Virus record (IMG/VR): IMGVR_UViG_2667527959_000011
Location: 1-18,423 of that record
From: a virus
Lineage: Duplodnaviria; Heunggongvirae; Uroviricota; Caudoviricetes
DNA: 18,423 nucleotides
Direction: 5' to 3' (one strand)
Shown here: positions 11,701 to 17,861 of the stretch, one piece after another
How positions within the stretch are numbered: the stretch's first letter is position 1
Layout: the number at the start of each line of letters is the position of its first letter
Notes under the pieces: generated by a model
What the model saw: only the letters and a program-made list of their open reading frames with translations
Told to the model about the DNA's origin: nothing
Database searches by the model: none
Program-made: the position numbers and the translations under genes

Positions 11701-12469
11701 CGCAGCAAGTGCGCGCATTGCAGCAGAACGGAAAGCCAATCTGAATCATGCAGTCGCCGCGCTGACTCAATCGTGGGTAACAGCAATCAGGGAGGCCGCC
11801 ACCACAGGAAAAATCACACCGGCAATTGCGGATGTCGTAAACGACGGCTCTAAATTTATGGATGCCTATAAAATGGATGCGGTGCAGTTGCCATCAGCCT
11901 ATGGCCAACTCAGCTATCGCATGACCTACAACCTGGTATCAATGTTTACTGACCTTGCCATCCTTGGGCTGGTGGACCTTAACGAGGTTACGCCGGAATT
12001 ACTCAGCATGCGCAAGAATCATGTTGAGATATTGCAGAGAATTAACACGGTTCTTGCCGGGCGCACCGATGAAGAGAAACAGGCCGACGCTGATCGGATA
12101 AACCTGGCCCTAGGCAACATCACGGAGGAAGAAATTGCCGCCAGAAACGAGAAACAAGAAGAGTTATCATCAATACAGGGTGATGCCACCAGCATAGCTC
12201 AGTCTCTTGGGCTGAATTATCGCGTATCCACCGCCGACCTGAAGATGATGTACGCACCAAAATTCGCCGCTGGCGAGGTATTTGGGCTTCAGGAAGCCTC
12301 CGGCATGAAAGGGGTTCTTTTCCGTGCGAAAGACGCAATCAAGGCGAAATTCGGCGCTCGCTGGTTGCCAGCGAAGGCGAAGAACAGCGATTTCCCGGGT
12401 AACTGGTGGATTATCGAGACAAAACACAACGTGGCGGACGTTCTGGCCGTCATCCAACAATACGCATAA
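5702..12469 (+). CDS. darB: DarB-like anti-restriction protein (N6-adenine methyltransferase fused to a superfamily-2 helicase)
   Basis: 2255-aa ORF. Methyltransferase motif I LEPSAGTGVF (~6050) and NVPFG (NPPF-like) motif; helicase Walker A GFGTGLGKTTTAL (~8260), DEGH box VIADEGHNY (~8850) and motif VI QRNGRGARVG (~10230). Size and architecture match P1 DarB as I recall it. Confidence 0.88.
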   Translation: MNKLSMGVFRCSSVSEILKYIRAITSHRAPIKYGVEKVEGKSYDQLRREANQKAIDLLNSLVDGATLTDEQRQILAGYTGEGGIGGSVSEYYTPKPIAEGVWEIMKLYGADVGNTLEPSAGTGVFNETKPVGTVMTATEISSVSGRINQLLHPEDSVQISPFEQLAVSTPNDSFDHVVGNVPFGGRDNTRNIDKPYAEETDMGSYFMLRMLDKIKPGGFMCVIVPPSIVSGSNMKRLRLRLSRKAEFLGAHRLPTGTFDANGTSTVVDVVLMRKHPAEMAEKIPLVDEGTLESANVLWPTFISGKWFEKDGRRFVHGTQEKGFQGRIEVRADGQIDNQALKAKLIHRFESRIDWSLLDMAEPSPTADVVDEGEMRLINGVWQKYAGGRWIEADAGKELKIDAASYGADSWEALQRNLTTTEGRLGMTFTQMANVRDKYTTSISDDMVQLVDWINSQPEKYRERLYRGAMIGRMLIEYQDMKAAGHSAEQIEQQRLSLVSRLQAEIDRFGNPGRGPIAKLSGSGARAWFAFRGAIKLDGTISDELTGKLVTHDSSASYDSTSYQDTLRYLYSDLTRDPIQLDDFRLAFTGELPASDEELLNLLASTPGIAVSPYGGIVPFARATSGDINEIVAPKQEFLATLPDGPVKNNVLNQLAAIEEKRIKTPAENIRFKLNSRWFDRSVILEFLQENGYPDLRYVQSVQLEGDEMVSDTYHGGDGLFVGHRYGVVQRKDKETGEIRYEWDRKSGENATGFPAQLEKYLNGARIGGKDSATANGYREQMALLEDQFNKWIKTHDRYDELVAKYNDVFNSNIPYEHSGDPLVLKGLSGKRQPFDYQNSEVRRLSEDGRGILGFGTGLGKTTTALALEAFNYENGRSTRTAYVVPKSVLENWYYEAKEFLSEEAFSNYLFVGLDVLMDGDQIRQVPVLDENGKPVLGTDGTPVMRDALKLADEATITARMNAIPHSNYRAVVFTKEQYARIPLRDDTVDEHAQDMLYDFVAAGRVASAMDSDSHRKEAARRRVLSEYSDTGTEKAEKYPYFEDMGFDSVIADEGHNYRNSYKNGREASQLAYLPTSAVAQSARDMAIKNAYLMKKNGGRGPVLLTATPVVNTPIDAYNMLSHVLPKEYWQKMGIYGPDDFVKLFGKTRLETVQKISGEVEEKMALVGFENLDALRGIFHRWTTLKTAEDVKDTVEIPELDEHQQDAPLTEEQLAAYEELRQQAEAAAKANNGVTTSIDEDGVIEHEKARPIFSIIRDMDRVCTDMDLYYRRITYRFLPEYADAVQQLADSLPKQATSEDDDSDDSITQQSQYSLIDKGEFIQLQVPEAFEQEVNKRLARFGIDEQTVTHPVTPKYAKLIATLKEFFPEGKQIIFTDEKTQHQKLKRIICNALNLEPSKVGILNAQTVAEAGKTGKKLKAVKPPKELPDEPTDAQIAKYNEQMALYDAYIAQQNEMSLGGLEKIAADFQEGRTPIIICNKKAEVGINLHRGTTDIHHLTLPWTPASIAQRNGRGARVGSNRASVRVHYYCGKGSFDEYRLKTLKRKAGWISDILRSDKSEMENADANDMIEMQMYTAKDDGERLAMMQVQMDKAKAAKRARQKEQATIDLQNYIKAQHAAGEDVEVLTAELERSKAELEKTTAEVAKFKQAVMAKAADNADWKARWGSVHHTDRTLLAQYRASLKSAIQRKANISQAISRYEKLLNRTQKAATDIKRLRPLVEDAINKGILDVDPDLVNHANEFLVIGDRSWRVGQYYDCAGDIVRIKSLDFDSQRADVEIIFTLRGTKSGNWDVKTLDKQVDVTPDEDAVMQKISGGVSIAGINDIISCDDFYRFQQRGMIKITDSYGVQTTESGYSIDFVGTYTDPLKHAVYPDRRDGALKSSIAKWVLGMMSEGNNRQIRSAETFLVELFGSNYGDVIASYGDTLSPEAIQEKIADAIARMPEKTSQGSTRNGDSELEVTNAIFGTNEFRASDYEITTAQFGTIGIYSNKDEIKQAMDAASARIAAERKANLNHAVAALTQSWVTAIREAATTGKITPAIADVVNDGSKFMDAYKMDAVQLPSAYGQLSYRMTYNLVSMFTDLAILGLVDLNEVTPELLSMRKNHVEILQRINTVLAGRTDEEKQADADRINLALGNITEEEIAARNEKQEELSSIQGDATSIAQSLGLNYRVSTADLKMMYAPKFAAGEVFGLQEASGMKGVLFRAKDAIKAKFGARWLPAKAKNSDFPGNWWIIETKHNVADVLAVIQQYA

Positions 12470-12502
12470 CAGGAGCGCCCGGTTCGCCGGGCGTCGCATA
12501 AT

Positions 12503-12943
12503 ATGGCCACATTATCTGATACAATAAAACCGAATAAAACATATCTTGAGGCGGTGCTGCGTACGGCGTTGTTAGGAAAGACAGAAGACGAATACGTTGA
12601 TTTCTTCCTGTCAGGGCTACGCGGGCGATTACTGAAAAATCCCCGCCTGTACCGCAGTTATGGCCCATACTGGCCGGAAATTAAAAAATTATTACTGGAG
12701 CGCGGTTATGGTAATTTCGGTCGTCTCGTTGACCGTGACGTTCGCAAAATTTACCGTTATGACCGCCCGGCGCTGACACTCATAGCCGCGACGCTCTACA
12801 GCCAGGAGCGTTTTGATAATGGTCAGATATACTCAGCCTGGCATTTACTGCCAGTGCCTGAAGAAGTTGACGACCAGGACTATGAGTTTGAGTCTTACGA
12901 TTTGGAAGTTGAAGCCTTGGCACAGGCTGGAGAGAAAACTTGA
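12503..12943 (+). CDS. Hypothetical protein, possible Ulx homolog
   Basis: 146-aa ORF immediately downstream of darB; its stop overlaps the start of the next ORF (cTTGA). Assignment by synteny only. Confidence 0.45.
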   Translation: MATLSDTIKPNKTYLEAVLRTALLGKTEDEYVDFFLSGLRGRLLKNPRLYRSYGPYWPEIKKLLLERGYGNFGRLVDRDVRKIYRYDRPALTLIAATLYSQERFDNGQIYSAWHLLPVPEEVDDQDYEFESYDLEVEALAQAGEKT

Positions 12944-13188
12944 AAAAGCGATACTACACAGTAAAGCATGGGACGCTACGAGCATTACAAGAGTTTGCTG
13001 ACAAGCATAACGTTGAGGTGCGCAGGGAAGGGGGAAGTAAAGCTCTGCGTATGTACCGTCCGGATGGGAAATGGCGAACGGTCGTCGATTTCAAAACTAA
13101 CAGCGTTCCCCAGGGCGTCCGTGACCGGGCATTCGAAGAATGGGAGCAGATCATCATAGATAACGCATTGCTCCTGAATGCTGATTAA
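12940..13188 (+). CDS. lxc: Lxc-like small protein (C1 co-repressor)
   Basis: 82-aa ORF with TTG start overlapping the upstream stop and GGAG 8 nt upstream. Size and position match P1 lxc. Confidence 0.5.
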   Translation: MKKRYYTVKHGTLRALQEFADKHNVEVRREGGSKALRMYRPDGKWRTVVDFKTNSVPQGVRDRAFEEWEQIIIDNALLLNAD

Positions 13189-13225
13189 TTTATCGGGCAG
13201 TTTTATCTGCCCGATAAATTTTTAT
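13187..13225. terminator. Hairpin terminator between convergent lxc and the SIR2-like gene
   Basis: Perfect 14-bp inverted repeat AATTTATCGGGCAG (13187-13200) / CTGCCCGATAAATT (13207-13220) with 6-nt loop, then a T-run. Arm 1 overlaps the lxc stop codon. Confidence 0.65.
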
Positions 13226-13234
13226 CGACCACAA

Positions 13235-14542
13235 TTACACTATATTCTTAACTATAAGGTTGGCGTCCTTCAAGGTGCCTAATGTTTCAATGTGGTTTTT
13301 TATCATTAATCTATTTGAGGCAATTATTGCAGGCCATCGTGTTTCCCAAGCTCTGTAAGCATACCAAGAAACTCCCCAATTCCTTTCTTTACTCATATGA
13401 CCCATCGAGTATTCAACTGCGTCTAAATATGTTTTTTCATACTTAGTATTGCTAACCTCTATGATGCTTCCAAAATATATAAGCCATTTTGCCAACTGTT
13501 CATATTGCTCCCACGCTCCGTTATTCCTTGTTAACTTTCTCTTTTTTTCTATTATCCTTTCGAAAAGAGAAACGACTTTATCATCATTCCAATCTAAACC
13601 TTCCGATATAATTGATGATATAATTTGATAAAATGAATCCTCTAATTTAAGATATTCATTTTTATAAGTATAAGCCCCCGAAACAACTTTTCTGATATTT
13701 TCGCGCGCTCTTTCAATGATGTCTTTAATGAGAGATATCTTATAACTTAATCGACTAAAGAAACAATCTATTTCTGTATTGTCAATTACCCTTATACCAA
13801 AGCAATAGAAGTAATAATCCTTCATATCTTGACTTACTTTGTTGCGAGATATCAAAAAGATATTAGAGCACAGGGCATTATTTTTCGAAAATTTTTTATA
13901 GTCATTTATAATTGCTTTAAGATTTGTGTCGCTTAAAGAATACCCTAATATCGCAACTGTATTTTCATGCAGCATCGTACTAAGTTTTCGTGAAAAATAA
14001 GTATCGGAATTTATAAATCTGAAGTAATCATCTGAAGTGACAATCATATTTTTTGGCGAATCAATAGAGCCATGAACATGATATATTTTCACCTTGGATG
14101 GATACTTTGGAATTGGCAGGCCGGGCGTGATAGACTGTACACTTTCATCTCCAACCAAGCATTCAGCCAACTTGTCATAATTTGTTGTAATGACACGGAA
14201 TGAGTTTTTTTGGAAAAAATCTTTTATATTTGATATGTCTTCTCCAAGTTGAATTGGAGATATGATGTCAACAATTTCATCATAAATCGACTTACCCTCA
14301 ATATTGAGCTTCAAAGATAGTATTTGTGCGGCTTCTTCAAGACTCAGTGCTGGTGGTTTATCATCAGGGAATAACGTGTCTTCCAACTTTTTGGCATTGT
14401 GAACTTTGCTGCAAACTTTTTTTAATAGTTCCTTCCACGTTGGAGCTTCACCGTTCGAGACTGCCTTTGAAAAGCCAGTCCCGGTAAATAGACAAAGCCT
14501 GCTTGTAGCGGCAGCGTATGCTAACTCAACATATTCGCTCAT
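13235..14542 (-). CDS. SIR2-like (SIR2_2/DUF4020-type) protein, candidate NAD+-depleting defence effector
   Basis: 435-aa ORF with GGAG SD 8 nt upstream of the ATG. Motifs: LFTGTGFS...APTWKELL near the N-terminus, VITTNYDKL, KIYHVHGS, MIVTSDDY and VAILGYSLSD. No CxxC...CxxC zinc ribbon. About 180 C-terminal residues have no recognisable motif. Gene is markedly AT-rich compared with its flanks. Confidence 0.8.
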   Translation of the reverse strand: MSEYVELAYAAATSRLCLFTGTGFSKAVSNGEAPTWKELLKKVCSKVHNAKKLEDTLFPDDKPPALSLEEAAQILSLKLNIEGKSIYDEIVDIISPIQLGEDISNIKDFFQKNSFRVITTNYDKLAECLVGDESVQSITPGLPIPKYPSKVKIYHVHGSIDSPKNMIVTSDDYFRFINSDTYFSRKLSTMLHENTVAILGYSLSDTNLKAIINDYKKFSKNNALCSNIFLISRNKVSQDMKDYYFYCFGIRVIDNTEIDCFFSRLSYKISLIKDIIERARENIRKVVSGAYTYKNEYLKLEDSFYQIISSIISEGLDWNDDKVVSLFERIIEKKRKLTRNNGAWEQYEQLAKWLIYFGSIIEVSNTKYEKTYLDAVEYSMGHMSKERNWGVSWYAYRAWETRWPAIIASNRLMIKNHIETLGTLKDANLIVKNIV

Positions 14543-14597
14543 TACTTACTCCATTTACTTATAGTTCTATGGAGAAGTATACCCTAATGCATTGACG

Positions 14598-14625
14598 TTT
14601 ATAGATAATTTCCTTTTCCAGTTAA
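14598..14625 (-). promoter_or_regulatory. Candidate sigma70 promoter for the SIR2-like gene
   Basis: On the minus strand: TTAACT, 16-bp spacer, TATAAA. The -10 overlaps the stop codon of the upstream mat-like gene. Confidence 0.3.
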
Positions 14626-15240
14626 CTCCCCTTTAGGCACCCGTTTTTGTGCCAGTGTTTGGGTTCCGCGAATTATGTTAATCAGAGGGCTTAGTAACGA
14701 TGATTCCTGGCGGGCATCAACTTCTCCTGCCATTGCCCTAATGTAGTCGGCGCTTGCAACGTTGTTATATTCCGTTGCGAAGCAGCATAACAACGTCAGA
14801 ACGTGCTCTGTCGTTATTTCGCTCCAGTTGATGTTGAAAAATTCATCGCCTTTTTTGTCATGTTCGGAATCGAAGATGCTTTGGTGAAGGATGTATTTGC
14901 CGGATTCCTTGCGCGGTAACTTGATCGCTTTCTGGCGTTCCAATTCCTTGTAAATCTGCATCGCTTCAATCAGTACCGGTCTGCCGTTCATGAAGGGATC
15001 ACGCAACCTTACACGCTGGCCAACTCGACCGGTAATAAAGCTGTTTTCCTCTTCCACCAGCACGATAAAACCCTTTTCCTCTTTTTCTCGCAATTCGCGC
15101 AGCAGCTGGAGTTCCATATCGCGGCGGCGTTCAGGGTAGCTGGTCCGCTCAGCCATTATCAGCTCATTGTTGATCCATGCGGCAGTCATTGACGCCGGTT
15201 TGCCGACGCTCATCGAAACAACGCATATTTTCTTATCCAT
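14599..15240 (-). CDS. Hypothetical protein, possible Mat homolog
   Basis: 213 aa from the ATG at 15240. The ORF track extends it to a GTG at 15267, which would place a terminator-like hairpin inside the coding region. Assignment by position between ref and the res-mod slot. Confidence 0.45.
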   Translation of the reverse strand: MDKKICVVSMSVGKPASMTAAWINNELIMAERTSYPERRRDMELQLLRELREKEEKGFIVLVEEENSFITGRVGQRVRLRDPFMNGRPVLIEAMQIYKELERQKAIKLPRKESGKYILHQSIFDSEHDKKGDEFFNINWSEITTEHVLTLLCCFATEYNNVASADYIRAMAGEVDARQESSLLSPLINIIRGTQTLAQKRVPKGELTGKGNYL

Positions 15241-15250
15241 AGCGCCCCTA

Positions 15251-15278
15251 CAAAAAAGAAAAGCCACCAGCGGCGGCT
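15251..15278 (-). terminator. Terminator-like hairpin plus U-tract in the leader of the mat-like gene
   Basis: Minus strand reads AGCCGCC-gct-GGUGGCU (one G-U pair) followed by UUUUCUUUUUU, ending about 10 nt before the ATG at 15240. Confidence 0.4.
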
Positions 15279-15380
15279 TAGCAATACAACTGAAGGTAGC
15301 GCCCGGTACTCAGACTGTGCCGTCCATGGAATATTTGAAAAGGGATCCATCCGTACCGGGCGTGTGATGATTCTGACTGA

Positions 15381-15390
15381 AGTCACTTGT
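15381..15390 (-). promoter_or_regulatory. Second copy of the 10-bp ACAAGTGACT motif, upstream of the mat-like gene
   Basis: Exact repeat of the 5680-5689 motif. An upstream TTGACA (minus strand) is present and a 10-bp inverted repeat (15300-15309 / 15353-15362) lies downstream in the leader. Confidence 0.3.
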
Positions 15391-15428
15391 CAGTTGTCAA
15401 TCATTTATCATTAAAAATAATATATTTA

Positions 15429-15991
15429 TTAGTGCATGATGTTTGCCATCTCATAGGCGTCAGCCAGTAACTCCATCTCTGACTTGTTCAGTAGGGTGAA
15501 TTCTTTCTTGCCTCCAACCACACCATCGGCATGAACAGGGACCAGCCAGGGGTATTTTGCTCTTACTTCAGTCGGTGCTGCATGCTGGTGGTGCCATCTC
15601 TACAAAGTGGCAATTGCTTTTTATGACAACCCGGCGCGGTACGACCGGCGATATGGTGCAGAGACACCTCATTAGATATTACTCCATGCATATAGCAGGC
15701 AATGCAGGGGAGAGTGCCAAGAGCATTGGCGATGCGCCGTTCCTCCGCCGTTGGTGTTCTCCCCTTCAAGCCACGAGATTTTATTTTTACCGCGCTTTTC
15801 CGCGTTTTGCTGGCTGGTGGGCGCTCTTTCTGTTTAGCGATACGGCGGTCGATAGTATCCCGCATTTTCTGATATTGAGATTCTCGCCAGACCGGATCAG
15901 CCAACTTCTCCCGTTGCCGAGCGATCGCTCGTTCTCTGGCTGCCTTCTGCCACTTGCGGCACTGTTCAATTTTTTGTTCGATTGTTTTCAT
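15429..15991 (-). pseudogene. ref: Ref (HNH-type recombination enhancement endonuclease) with a frameshift
   Basis: N-terminal 131 codons (MKTIEQKIEQ...LPLCR) are in one frame; the remaining 55 codons (WHHQHAAPTEV...ANIMH, stop at 15429-15431) are open in the -1 frame. The break falls in the minus-strand run TGTAGAGATGG (forward ~15597-15603). Removing two bases restores a 186-aa product. Confidence 0.8.
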
Positions 15992-15997
15992 ATGGTC

Positions 15998-16024
15998 AAA
16001 AAAAAGGCGGCCTAATAGCCGCCT
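15998..16024 (-). terminator. Intrinsic terminator 6 nt upstream of the ref start codon
   Basis: Minus strand reads AGGCGGC-uauuag-GCCGCCU followed by seven U (forward A-run 15998-16004), then gacc and the ATG. Confidence 0.6.
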
Positions 16025-16083
16025 ATGATGTCAAGGAGTGAAGTAATGGCAACGTCTTCGTAGTTGACAAAAACTGCGACTCA

Positions 16084-16107
16084 ATTATAGCAACCAATTA
16101 GAGCAAT
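16084..16107 (-). promoter_or_regulatory. C1 operator(s) overlapping the presumptive ref promoter
   Basis: Minus strand reads ATTGCTCTAATTGGTTGCTATAATTGA. The first 11 bp match the operator consensus, a second TTGCTATAAT half-site overlaps, and a perfect TATAAT -10 is at forward 16084-16089. Confidence 0.55.
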
Positions 16108-16212
16108 TAAAGTTGTTTATTTATCGCGAATCACATTTTTTCACTTCAGTACCTGTGTGCTATACTCCTTCTTGATTGATTGGATGCGGAATACAAACCC
16201 GCTCTTTTGTGC

Positions 16213-16244
16213 AGCCTGGCTCCTTGCCAGGCTTTTTTTTATTT
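16213..16244 (+). terminator. Plus-strand intrinsic terminator overlapping the cra stop codon
   Basis: AGCCTGGC-tcctt-GCCAGGCT followed by a run of T ending at 16240. On the minus strand no U-tract follows, so it is directional. Confidence 0.6.
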
Positions 16245-16550
16245 CATCATGGAAGCTGTTAACGCTTTGGACCTTGCTGAACTGATTGAGAGGGCTTTGT
16301 CAACGTGCCCCAAAAATTCGCCAAACTCAGACATCACTTTAGCAAAACCGCGCCGTGCTTCTTCCTCGGTGGCATTCATCACGAAATGTTCAGCACCACG
16401 CATACTTTTGACAGGGAACGCAACGGATATTGAATCAATATCAGGCATTCTATCGCTCAGCTTTACAGTGACAATGACGGCTGGCGACTGAATATTAGTG
16501 CTTACAGACAGCACTACATATTTTCCGTCGATGTTGAAATCCTTTCGCAT
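16239..16550 (-). CDS. Hypothetical protein downstream of cre, possible Cra
   Basis: 103-aa ORF of balanced composition between cre and ref. The overlapping plus-strand ORF (16180..16491) runs through the terminator hairpin and is considered spurious. Confidence 0.45.
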   Translation of the reverse strand: MRKDFNIDGKYVVLSVSTNIQSPAVIVTVKLSDRMPDIDSISVAFPVKSMRGAEHFVMNATEEEARRGFAKVMSEFGEFLGHVDKALSISSARSKALTASMMK

Positions 16551-16566
16551 ATGTCACCATAAATAT

Positions 16567-16583
16567 CAAAGAATTAGAGCAAT
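16567..16583 (-). promoter_or_regulatory. C1 operator-like site between cre and the downstream ORF
   Basis: Minus strand reads ATTGCTCTAATTCTTTG, 13/17 overall with the first 11 bp matching the consensus. Confidence 0.5.
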
Positions 16584-16600
16584 CATTTACGCGTTAATGG

Positions 16601-17632
16601 CTAATCGCCATCTTCCAGCAGGCGCACCATTGCCCCTGTTTCACTATCCAGGTTACGGATATAGTTCATGACAATATTTACGTTGGTCCAGCCACCAGCT
16701 TGCATGATCTCCGGTATTGAAACTCCGGCACGGGCCATATCTCGCGCGGCTCCGACACGGGCACTGTGTCCAGACCAGGCCAGGTACCTCTGGCCAGAGT
16801 CATCCTTAGCCCCGTAAATCAATCGGTGAGTTGCTTCAAAAATCCCTTCCAGGGCGCGAGTTGATAGCTGGCTGGTGGGTGATGGCGAGGCAACACCATT
16901 TTTTCTGACCCGGCAAAACAAGTAGTTATTCGGATCATCAGCCACACCAGAGACAGAAATCCATCGCTCGACCAGTTTAGTTACCCCCAGGCTAAGTGCC
17001 TTCTCTACACCCGCGGTACTAACCAGCGTTTTCGTTCTGCCAATATGGATTAACATTCTCCCACCGTCTGTACGTGAGATATCTTTAACCCTGATCCTGG
17101 CAATTTCGGCTATACGTAACAGGGTGTTATAAGCGATCCCCAGAAATGCCAGATTACGTATGTCCTGGCAGCGATCGCTATTTTCCATGAGTGAACGAAC
17201 CTGGTCGAAATCAGTGCGTTCGAACGCCAATGCCTGTTTTGCACGTTCACCGGCATCAACGTTTTCTTTTCGAATCCGCCGCATGACCAGTGAAACAGCA
17301 TTGCTGTCACTTGGTCGTGGCAGCCCGGACCGACGATGAAGCATGTTTAGCTGGCCCAAATGTTGCTGGATAGTTTTTACTGCCAGACCGCGCGCCTGAA
17401 GATATAGAAGATAATCGCGAACATCTTCAGGTTTTGCGGGAAACCATTTCCGGTTATTCAACTTGCACCATGCCGCCCATGACCGGCAAACGGACAGAAG
17501 CATTTTCCAGGTATGCTCAGAAAACGCCTGGCGATCCCTGAACATGTCCATCAGGTTCTTGCGAACCTCATCACTCGTTGCATCGACCGGCAATGCAGGC
17601 AAATTTTGGTGTACGGTCAGTAAATTGGACAT
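16601..17632 (-). CDS. cre: Cre tyrosine site-specific recombinase
   Basis: 343-aa protein starting MSNLLTVHQNLPALPVDATSDEVRKNLMDMFRDRQAFSEHTWK and ending MVRLLEDGD. Near-identical to Cre as I remember it, with about three substitutions. Confidence 0.98.
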   Translation of the reverse strand: MSNLLTVHQNLPALPVDATSDEVRKNLMDMFRDRQAFSEHTWKMLLSVCRSWAAWCKLNNRKWFPAKPEDVRDYLLYLQARGLAVKTIQQHLGQLNMLHRRSGLPRPSDSNAVSLVMRRIRKENVDAGERAKQALAFERTDFDQVRSLMENSDRCQDIRNLAFLGIAYNTLLRIAEIARIRVKDISRTDGGRMLIHIGRTKTLVSTAGVEKALSLGVTKLVERWISVSGVADDPNNYLFCRVRKNGVASPSPTSQLSTRALEGIFEATHRLIYGAKDDSGQRYLAWSGHSARVGAARDMARAGVSIPEIMQAGGWTNVNIVMNYIRNLDSETGAMVRLLEDGD

Positions 17633-17639
17633 TTAACAC

Positions 17640-17861
17640 TCAGATAATGGTTTTAAGTAAAGTGTACAGGATCGGCTCTGCCTTTACCTGTTTATGGTTC
17701 TCGTCATAGAAACGCCAACGACCGCGACTGCGTTCTATCTTTTCTTCACCGCGCGATAATGACAGTTGACAACTATCACGATCAAACCCTTTTGCCCGCC
17801 AGTAACCACGATTTTTCTCAAGCTCAAGATGAGTGGACACTTTAGCAGCTGAATATCCCAT
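17640..17861 (-). CDS. Hypothetical 73-aa upstream ORF in the cre leader
   Basis: AGGTG SD 4 nt upstream of the ATG. Its stop (TGA, 17640-17642) lies 7 nt before the cre ATG, which has no strong SD of its own. Confidence 0.35.
   Translation of the reverse strand: MGYSAAKVSTHLELEKNRGYWRAKGFDRDSCQLSLSRGEEKIERSRGRWRFYDENHKQVKAEPILYTLLKTII

Noticed and set aside
6022-12338. Many 60-145-aa minus-strand ORFs inside darB (for example 8903..9337, 9103..9495, 10155..10454)
   Set aside because: All lie antisense within a long, motif-supported coding region and lack convincing ribosome-binding sites; they are expected by chance in a 6.8-kb GC-balanced gene.
13235-14542. SIR2-like protein as Thoeris ThsA or as a housekeeping sirtuin
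   Set aside because: No TIR-domain partner gene is present in the island and the C-terminal region does not look like a SLOG nucleotide-binding fold, so ThsA is unlikely. CobB-type sirtuins carry a CxxC...CxxC zinc ribbon, which is absent here.
16031-16063. Plus-strand mini-ORF (MATSS) with AAGGAG SD
   Set aside because: Only five codons long and antisense to the ref leader; the SD-like sequence is more likely coincidental or part of the leader structure.
16180-16491. 103-aa plus-strand ORF overlapping the cra-like gene
   Set aside because: It runs straight through the plus-strand terminator hairpin at 16213-16244 and is Ser/Ala/Leu-rich, typical of an antisense shadow ORF.
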